From assembly GCA_963718585.1 (NCBI GenBank), contig OY970357.1:180001-212000 (forward strand): a stretch of 32,000 nt of DNA, in the 5' to 3' direction. The translations under genes were made by a program, and so were the position numbers. Below are positions 9,032 through 15,673 of this stretch, one piece after another. Under the pieces are notes generated by a model that was given only the letters and a program-made list of their open reading frames with translations, was not told the origin of the DNA and did no database searches. The DNA is from Candidatus Saccharimonadota bacterium. GTDB lineage: Bacteria > Patescibacteriota > Patescibacteriia > 2-12-FULL-60-25. Position 1 is the stretch's first letter. Each line of letters starts with the position of its first letter.

Positions 9032-9466
9032 ATGCCCGAAAAATTCATCGTTCCCCAATTCATCGATAAAGAGGACCAGATCCTGGGGCCGATCACGGTT
9101 CGGCAGTTTTTGATCATGCTCGTTTCGGCATTTCTCATCTTCATCTTCTATAAGCTCCTCGCATTTCCGTATTTCATCGCTTCAGCCATCCTGATCGCTG
9201 CGATCGGCGGGACGTTCGGCTTCATGAAGATCAATGGCCAGCCGTTCCACGTCTTTTTCATCAACGCCCTCCAGACCCTCACGCGTCCGGCGCTCCGGGT
9301 GTGGGACAAGACCTATAACGATGCGGAGATCCGCGCGTTCCTCGCGGTCGCACCCAGTGCTCCGGTGAAGGTCACGCCGCACAAGGAGCATCCGCCGTCG
9401 AGCCGTCTCCGCGATCTGTCACTCGTGGTGAATACGGGCGGCGTATACAAGCCGGAGGAAGAGTAG
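9032..9466 (+). CDS. PrgI-family / VirB3-like small membrane protein (T4SS-like operon, gene 3)
   Basis: 144 aa. The N-terminus MPEKFIVPQFIDKEDQILGPITVRQFLIML, followed by two TM helices, matches the PrgI-family pattern (VP.FID.E.KI.GP.T.RQF). Lies just upstream of VirB4, as in Gram-positive T4SS loci. Confidence 0.7.
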   Translation: MPEKFIVPQFIDKEDQILGPITVRQFLIMLVSAFLIFIFYKLLAFPYFIASAILIAAIGGTFGFMKINGQPFHVFFINALQTLTRPALRVWDKTYNDAEIRAFLAVAPSAPVKVTPHKEHPPSSRLRDLSLVVNTGGVYKPEEE

Positions 9467-9467
9467 T

Positions 9468-10148
9468 ATGCAAAGCAAGAAACTCGCAGGATCCAAACCG
9501 GGCGTTCCGTCTCAGCGATATCTCGATATCGCGGAGATCAAGGAAGACGTCGTGGTGATGAAGGACGGCACCATCCGTGCGGTCTTGCTCGTGTCGAGTA
9601 TCAACTTTGCGCTCAAGTCCGTGGATGAGCAGAATGCCATCGTCCAGGCGTACATGCAGTTCCTGAACTCGCTCGATTTCCCGATCCAGGTGGTCGTCCA
9701 ATCGCGGCGGATGAACATCGACGATTATCTGCGACGGCTGAGCGCGTCAGAAAAGACGCAGTCGAACGATCTTCTGCGTCGGCAGATCGCGGATTATCGC
9801 GAATACATCCGTCAACTCGTCGAACTCGGGGACATCATGCAGAAGAAGTTCTTCATCACCGTGCCGCTCGATCCGTCCACGGATAAGCAGAAGGGGTTCT
9901 TCGGGCGGCTGTCCGCGATCCTCTCGCCTGCCGCGACGATCAAATTGTCGGAAGATAAGTTCAAGAGCAATAAGCAGTCGCTCATGTTGCGGGTGAACTC
10001 GATCATCGGCGGGCTTCAGTCCATGTCGCTCAACGCCGCGATGCTCGATACGCAGAGCCTCATCGAGCTGTATTACACGGTCTACAACCCGGAACTGTTC
10101 GAAAACGAACGGATGGTCCCGACCGAGAAACTTCAAGTCGAAGGCTGA
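9468..10148 (+). CDS. hypothetical protein resembling a stand-alone VirB4 N-terminal domain (T4SS-like operon, gene 4)
   Basis: 226 aa, 1-nt gap after gene 3. No P-loop. By hand alignment it parallels the pre-ATPase region of the downstream VirB4 (see finding). Coding status is strong; function is tentative. Confidence 0.45.
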   Translation: MQSKKLAGSKPGVPSQRYLDIAEIKEDVVVMKDGTIRAVLLVSSINFALKSVDEQNAIVQAYMQFLNSLDFPIQVVVQSRRMNIDDYLRRLSASEKTQSNDLLRRQIADYREYIRQLVELGDIMQKKFFITVPLDPSTDKQKGFFGRLSAILSPAATIKLSEDKFKSNKQSLMLRVNSIIGGLQSMSLNAAMLDTQSLIELYYTVYNPELFENERMVPTEKLQVEG

Positions 10149-10151
10149 CCT

Positions 10152-12170
10152 ATGGCGATCAAGATCAAAGAGGAAAAAGGATTCGACGCTTCCGCCCTCA
10201 CCGCGGGAGGTATCGGATTGAAAAAGGGCCCCTCCAAGGCCGAGCAAAAGAAGAAGCACGACACCGAACGCGTCGCGTTGGAAGAGGAACGGGTCTATCG
10301 AAAGGGTGTCACGTCCATCAAAGACCTCATTTCGCCGAGCTCGATGAAGGTCGATCCGGGGTTCGTCCGGCTCGGTGACGTGTGGGTGCGTACGCTCTTC
10401 ATCATCACGTATCCGCGCTACGTCACGGTCGGTTGGGCATCGCCGATCATCAACCTGAACGCCCAGATGGATATCGCGATGTTCTTCTATCCCATCAAGG
10501 CGGACGTCATCCTCAAACAGCTCAAGAAGAAGGTCGGTGTGCTCGAGGCGCAGATCACCTCGGATGCCGAAGCCGGGAAGCCGCGCGATCCGATCTCTGA
10601 GACGGCGTTGCGCGACATCGAGCAGCTGCGGGACGACCTGACGCAGGGGATCGAGCATTTTTTCCAGTTCGCCTTTTACTGCACGTTCTACTCCACCTCC
10701 CTCGAGGAGCTGGAGCAGTTGTCGAACACCGTCGAATCCACATTCGGCTCCATGTTGATCTATACGAAGCGTGCGTACTTCCAGGCGGAACAGGGTTTCA
10801 ACTCCACGCTGCCCGTCGGCAATGACGAACTCATGATCACGTTCAACATGAGCACGTCGCCGCTCGCGTCGTCCTTCCCGTTCACGTCTGCGGAACTCAC
10901 GTCAGACAACGGGATCTTGTACGGGATCAACCGTCATAACAATTCGCTCATCATCTTCGACCGTTTCTCGCTCCAGAACGCCAACGCGGTCGTGTTCGCC
11001 ACCTCTGGTGCCGGGAAATCATATTTCGTGAAGCTCGAGATCCTGCGGTCGCTCATGCTTGGCGTCGATGTCATCGTCATCGATCCGGAAATGGAGTACA
11101 AGCATCTTTCTGATGCCGTGGGCGGAACGTACATCAATATCTCGCTCGCTTCCGACGCCAAGATCAATCCGTTCGACCTTCCGCGGCCGTCCGGAGAAGC
11201 GACGTCCACCGAAGACATCATCCGATCCGCGGTCATCACGATCAAAGGGCTATTACGCCTCATGCTCGGCAAGCTCACGGTCGCGGAAGACTCCATCCTT
11301 GATCGCGCGCTCCTTGAGACGTATGCGAAAAAGGACATCGTGCCGGGTGCCGACCTGACGGCCATCGAGCCGCCGATCCTGCAGGATTTCCAGGACATCC
11401 TTGAAGGGATGGAAGGCACGGGCGATCTCGTCCTGCGTTTGAAGAAATACACCGAAGGGACGTTCTCCGGCCTGTTGAACTCGCCGACGACCGTGCGCAT
11501 GAACAATCAGCTCGTCATCTTCTCGGTCCGCGATCTGGAAGATGAGCTCCGGCCGATGGCGATCTATACGATCATAAACTACATCTGGAATGTCGTGCGT
11601 TCCGAGCGGAAGAAGCGCATCCTCGCCATCGATGAGGCATGGTGGCTCATGCAGAATGAGGACTCGGCGAAATTCGTGTTCGCACTCGTCAAACGCTGCC
11701 GTAAGTATTACCTCGGTATCACGACGATCACGCAGGATGTGAATGACTTTTTGACGTCTCCATACGGCCAAGCGATCGTGACCAACTCATCCATGCAACT
11801 GTTGCTGAAGCAGTCGCCGGCATCCATCGACCTCGTCGCGCGCGTCTTCCTCCTCACACAATCCGAGAAATACCTCTTGCTCGAGTCCGGACGCGGAGAA
11901 GGGATCTTCTTTGCCGGACAAAAACACGCCGCGATCCAGGTCGTGGCGTCGTACACGGAAGATCAGATCGTGACGACCGACCCGAATCAGCTCCTCAAGA
12001 TCGAACAGGCGAAGAAAGAGTTCATCCAAGCGCTTGGTGAAGGGAGCGGAGGCGGACAAGGCGGAGGAACGCCGGCCACGGCACCACAGCCGGCTCCGGA
12101 ACCGGCGCCAACCCCAGCACCAGCACCTGAAACGCCGATCTCGGCGGAGCCGCCAACACCTGCCGTATGA
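10152..12170 (+). CDS. virB4: VirB4/PrgJ-type T4SS ATPase
   Basis: 672 aa. Walker A VVFATSGAGKSYFVK. Walker B RILAIDEAWWLM (the DEAW motif typical of VirB4/TraC/CagE). QDVNDF and LLLKQ motifs downstream. Pro/Ala-rich C-terminal tail (PATAPQPAPEPAPTPAPAPETP). Confidence 0.9.
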   Translation: MAIKIKEEKGFDASALTAGGIGLKKGPSKAEQKKKHDTERVALEEERVYRKGVTSIKDLISPSSMKVDPGFVRLGDVWVRTLFIITYPRYVTVGWASPIINLNAQMDIAMFFYPIKADVILKQLKKKVGVLEAQITSDAEAGKPRDPISETALRDIEQLRDDLTQGIEHFFQFAFYCTFYSTSLEELEQLSNTVESTFGSMLIYTKRAYFQAEQGFNSTLPVGNDELMITFNMSTSPLASSFPFTSAELTSDNGILYGINRHNNSLIIFDRFSLQNANAVVFATSGAGKSYFVKLEILRSLMLGVDVIVIDPEMEYKHLSDAVGGTYINISLASDAKINPFDLPRPSGEATSTEDIIRSAVITIKGLLRLMLGKLTVAEDSILDRALLETYAKKDIVPGADLTAIEPPILQDFQDILEGMEGTGDLVLRLKKYTEGTFSGLLNSPTTVRMNNQLVIFSVRDLEDELRPMAIYTIINYIWNVVRSERKKRILAIDEAWWLMQNEDSAKFVFALVKRCRKYYLGITTITQDVNDFLTSPYGQAIVTNSSMQLLLKQSPASIDLVARVFLLTQSEKYLLLESGRGEGIFFAGQKHAAIQVVASYTEDQIVTTDPNQLLKIEQAKKEFIQALGEGSGGGQGGGTPATAPQPAPEPAPTPAPAPETPISAEPPTPAV

Positions 12171-12775
12171 CCCGTCGCAGCAAGATCCTCATCCTCATCA
12201 TCGTCGGGATCCTTCTCCTGTTATTGGGGTTGTACATCTTCTTCCGTCCATTCCTCGTCCAGCGCACCGGACCACCGGCACAGCCGCCGACACCTGCTGG
12301 CGGAACGCCATATGTGCCTTCCGCACCGGCACAGGGTCAGCCAACAGCCGGCGGAGCGACCACGACCCAGCCGGCACAAGCGGATGACCTGTTGGCTCTT
12401 GAGCATGCTGCAAAGGCAGCAGCTGGACGTGTTGGATCAGGTTCAAACGAGAACGGCTTCCTCGGTTATCAAGACGAGTATTACGATGCCACGCCTTCGT
12501 ATCGTGCGACCCTCCTGTCTGACATGGCGGCGATGCAGAAGCTACACCCGGCAACCGGGCCGTTGTACAGTATTTCCACCTTCGCCGCGTCAGCTTCGAG
12601 TAATGATACATATGGAGATCCGACTATCGTGATGCAGGTGCAGGCGCGGCAGACCGTGACTGCGGGAAATGCCGCACCGGTCACGACATCGAAGAAGGTC
12701 GACGTGACGTTCCAACGTCAGTCTGACGGCTCCTATCTGGTCGACGACATCCAGTGGTCTGACCTGCAGTTGTAG
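12167..12775 (+). CDS. bitopic membrane protein, possible VirB8/PrgL-like component (T4SS-like operon, gene 6)
   Basis: 202 aa. The ATG overlaps the VirB4 stop (ATGA). N-terminal TM ILILIIVGILLLLLGLYIFF, then a P/A/G/Q-rich linker, then a ~120-aa globular C-terminus ending VDVTFQRQSDGSYLVDDIQW (beta-rich, NTF2-like feel). The VirB8-like call rests on position and topology only. Confidence 0.4.
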   Translation: MTRRSKILILIIVGILLLLLGLYIFFRPFLVQRTGPPAQPPTPAGGTPYVPSAPAQGQPTAGGATTTQPAQADDLLALEHAAKAAAGRVGSGSNENGFLGYQDEYYDATPSYRATLLSDMAAMQKLHPATGPLYSISTFAASASSNDTYGDPTIVMQVQARQTVTAGNAAPVTTSKKVDVTFQRQSDGSYLVDDIQWSDLQL

Positions 12776-12802
12776 AGGAGGGAAACAGCTAAAGAACGTG
12801 TC

Positions 12803-12824
12803 ATGTCGAGCGAAGTCGAGACAT
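12803..12824 (+). repeat. short hairpin repeat, copy 1 (ATGTC-GAGCGAAGTCGA-GACAT)
   Basis: 5-bp stem ATGTC/GACAT around a GAGCGAAGTCGA loop, 28 nt after the operon stop. The core is related to copies at 16921, 17246 and 29977. Confidence 0.5.
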
Positions 12825-12991
12825 CTTCGAATTGAACATACTTTGATACTCTCGGTAGAGGTCCTCATGAGGAAGATCCTCACGGTCGTTCCACTTCCCT
12901 CAGGATGACGCTTTTTAAGTGAATTACGTTTTTTTCTCGTTTCATCATCCACGTATTGACGACGACGCCTTTTTCATGGCAGCGGTGGTAT

Positions 12992-13705
12992 ATGGCACAT
13001 CGCGCCGTTGACCTCCTTCTCGAGACCGCGTTCCCGACGCGTTGTGTCTCCTGCCATGTCGCTGGCGCGTGGTGGTGCGGTGATTGTCAGCACGCGGTCG
13101 AGCCATTCCGCTGGAATGTGAAACAGGAAAAACTCGCTTCTGCAAAGAAAGGGGAAGCGTCAGCTCTAAGTGGTTCCGTCGCGGACGGGCTCGATGGCCT
13201 GATAGCGACCGGTTTTTATCATGATCCGCGCCTGCGCGCCGTCATCCACGCGCTCAAGTTCAACGGCGCGACCTGCGTGCTCCCAGAGATCCGCGCATAC
13301 CTCAAACAATGGGCGACAGAACGCCTTGAACCGTGGCCATGGGCCGGTGCGACGGGCCTCGCGATCCAACCGCTCATCACGAGCGTACGGCGCGATCGAT
13401 CCCGCGGATTCGATCAAGCGCGGCTCCTTGCCGGCCTGGTCCATGAGACGATCGTGCCCTGGGCCACATCCGTCGACCTCCTTCAGCGGAAAGGAGCACA
13501 CACGCCTCAATCGTCGCTCGATCCCGGTCCGCTCCGTCAGGCGAACGTCCTGGGATCCTACGACGCGATCGGTCCCGTCGCGCCGACCATTCTCCTCGTG
13601 GATGACGTGGTCACGACCGGCGCGACCATGCGCGAAGCCGCCCGCACCCTTAAAGCCACTGGCGCGGAACGCGTCTTCGGCTTTGCCATAGCCGTGGGGA
13701 AATGA
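12992..13705 (+). CDS. comFC: ComF-family competence protein (ComFC, phosphoribosyltransferase-like)
   Basis: N-terminal Cys pairs (CVSCHV...WWCGDCQ) and a C-terminal PRTase motif ILLVDDVVTTGATMREAARTLKATGA. The ORF-track start at 12956 is a TTG; the ATG at 12992 (MAHRAVDLLLETAFPTRCVSC) looks more likely. Confidence 0.85.
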   Translation: MAHRAVDLLLETAFPTRCVSCHVAGAWWCGDCQHAVEPFRWNVKQEKLASAKKGEASALSGSVADGLDGLIATGFYHDPRLRAVIHALKFNGATCVLPEIRAYLKQWATERLEPWPWAGATGLAIQPLITSVRRDRSRGFDQARLLAGLVHETIVPWATSVDLLQRKGAHTPQSSLDPGPLRQANVLGSYDAIGPVAPTILLVDDVVTTGATMREAARTLKATGAERVFGFAIAVGK

Positions 13706-13746
13706 TCGATGTTGCTACGTACACGGCAGACCGCTATGCTTTCGAT

Positions 13747-14233
13747 ATGTCCAAATACATCCTCAACATTTCGGAATTGGAATATAAGCCGTTTCCGGCA
13801 CCCATGCCCGATAGGGTCAAAGACACATTCGAGGGCGCGACCCTCGGGTGGGTCGGGCCTCGGGTCGGCGCGCAGAAGCTCGGATATAACGTCACGGTCC
13901 TGCCGCCCGGCAAGCGCGCGTTCCCTATTCCATAGCCATCGCGTGAACGAGGAGATGTTCTTCGTGCTTGAAGGGGCGGGGGAGGTGCGGATCGGGGGAG
14001 AGACGTTTCCGATCAAAAAAGGAGACTTCATCGCGTGTCCGCCCGGCGGTCCCGAGCTCGCGCATCAGATCGTGAACACATCGGATGCAGAGCTGAAATA
14101 TCTTGCGGTGAGCACGAAAGAATCTCCCGAGATCGCGGAGTATCCGGATTCCAAGAAGTTCGGCGTCATGACCGAAGGGTTCCGTTTCCTCGGCCGCGCT
14201 GGAGATTCACTCGACTATTGGGACGGAGAATGA
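13747..14233 (+). pseudogene. cupin-domain protein interrupted by a 1-nt frameshift near 13925-13935
   Basis: Frame 1 reads MSKYILNISELEYKPF...GYNVTVLPPGKRAFPIP* (stop at 13933-13935). Frame 2 continues FHSHRVNEEMFFVLEGAGEVRIGGETFPIKKGDFIACPPGGPELAHQIVN, which is the cupin motifs G(X)5HXH(X)3-4E and G(X)5PXG(X)2H. Joined, the two frames give a normal cupin. An alternative upstream ATG at 13702 overlaps the comFC stop. Confidence 0.8.
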
Positions 14234-14237
14234 ATCT

Positions 14238-14846
14238 ATGCAACTGTATCTCTCCTGGATCGGATGGTGTTGGGTCGGGTTTTTGGCGTTTTGGGCGGTG
14301 ATGGCGCTGTCGGTCAAAAAGACCAAGGTGCGCGAACCGTTCCTCAACCGCACGATGTACGGCGTTTGGCTCATGATCTCCGGATTGCTGTTGGTCCAGG
14401 GCCAGTTCCCCTCCGACAAGACCGGACGATCGAATCTCTTCGATTTCGCCGCTGTCCCATTCGGTGACAAGATCTTCACCCCGACCGCGATGACCGGACT
14501 CATCGGTCTCATCCTCGCGATCCTCGGCCTCGCCCTCGCGATCTGGGCGCGGACCACGCTTGGCAGGAACTGGAGCGGAGATGTGACGATCAAGAAGGAT
14601 CATCAGCTCGTCACGCGCGGTCCATACGCGTTCGTCCGTCATCCGATCTACACGGCGATGCTCATGATGTTCGTGGGGACGTGGCTCACGTTGGGGAACC
14701 TTGGCGGAATCGCCGGCCTCGCGGCAATGTTCTATGGTTTTTGGGTCAAGCTGAAAAAAGAAGAGGCCTTCATGCGGAAGACCTTCCCGGACCAGTATCC
14801 CGCCTACGCCAAGCGCGTAAAACGCCTGATCCCGTGGGTGTTCTAA
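14238..14846 (+). CDS. isoprenylcysteine carboxyl methyltransferase (ICMT)/phospholipid methyltransferase family membrane protein
   Basis: 202 aa, multi-TM. Family motif LVTRGPYAFVRHPIYTAMLMMFVGTWL and a C-terminal EEAFMRKTFPDQYPAYAKRVKRLIP. Confidence 0.85.
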   Translation: MQLYLSWIGWCWVGFLAFWAVMALSVKKTKVREPFLNRTMYGVWLMISGLLLVQGQFPSDKTGRSNLFDFAAVPFGDKIFTPTAMTGLIGLILAILGLALAIWARTTLGRNWSGDVTIKKDHQLVTRGPYAFVRHPIYTAMLMMFVGTWLTLGNLGGIAGLAAMFYGFWVKLKKEEAFMRKTFPDQYPAYAKRVKRLIPWVF

Positions 14847-14882
14847 GAAAACCCAACGGGCCTGTATATAAGCAAGTACAGC

Positions 14883-15647
14883 TTATTTTACGATTCTTTT
14901 TAAATTGCGCACCAACTTATCCTTCCCTCCAGACACTCTTGTTAAAAACGGGAGACCGATAAATTCATAACGTCCGTCAATTTTACCAAGGCTAAAATTG
15001 TATTTGTCTTCAAAATGAATCACTTTTTTAAATTCTGGCTTTACTAGATAAGGTTTAAGCGTTGGGAAGCCTACAATGAAAATAGTTTTTTTTGGATTAA
15101 TATGACGGATGATCTTTAAAAGAATTTCGAAATAAATTTCACGATATTTCGTTAGATCATTGATTCGTAGGCCTGCTGCATCGGATGAGTGATATGGTAT
15201 GAATTCAAGCGCGATAACATTTTTCTGAAACCACTCCCAATCAATTTTCTCCTTTATTCCATCGTAGCGTTTGAGAAAGCCTTTGATATTTGCGTAATAA
15301 GGGATCAGTCCAGGTTTGCTGTAATGAAAGTCCGAAAAGAGATGACAGTAACCGTTAAAAAGACCCCGTCTTTTAAGATAGGCATTTTCTAAACTGTTGT
15401 TACTGTTATAGCCTGGATTAATGCCTATAAAAATGTACTTGTCCCTTGGGTTCGTGATATCTCCAATAAAATAAGTGGGGTAGACAGGATAACGTGGGAA
15501 GATCCCAAAATCAGTATTTATGTCTTCAAATGTTGAACCCTTTAAAAAATTTTTATTAGTAAAGCGAAGCTCTTCAAGCTGTAGCAGTTTTTTTATGAAA
15601 TCTATGCCCTTAAGCTTTGCGATCTTTTTATATTGAGCAGAGTTCAT
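14883..15647 (-). CDS. hypothetical protein (orphan, low-GC island)
   Basis: 254-aa intact ORF rich in K/N/I/F/Y. Contains YIFIGINPGYNS and later ALEFIPYHSS. These are faintly reminiscent of UDG-superfamily motifs A/B (GINPG ... HPS-like), but the spacing is atypical. Confidence 0.7.
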   Translation of the reverse strand: MNSAQYKKIAKLKGIDFIKKLLQLEELRFTNKNFLKGSTFEDINTDFGIFPRYPVYPTYFIGDITNPRDKYIFIGINPGYNSNNSLENAYLKRRGLFNGYCHLFSDFHYSKPGLIPYYANIKGFLKRYDGIKEKIDWEWFQKNVIALEFIPYHSSDAAGLRINDLTKYREIYFEILLKIIRHINPKKTIFIVGFPTLKPYLVKPEFKKVIHFEDKYNFSLGKIDGRYEFIGLPFLTRVSGGKDKLVRNLKRIVK

Positions 15648-15673
15648 ATTAGGTAGCTTCTAGTGTCTTAAGC

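Noticed and set aside
9747-10658. 303-aa minus-strand ORF (likewise 8008-8769, 4282-5088, 10934-11506, 11253-11771)
   Set aside because: Antisense to the T4SS-like operon genes, which have clear motifs and operon-style junctions. The products are R/D/H/E-rich with no TM segments or motifs.
12986-12994. TGGTATATG as a further copy of the extended -10 box
   Set aside because: The hexamer overlaps the most plausible comFC start codon (ATG at 12992), and no start codon follows at leaderless distance. It is probably coincidental.
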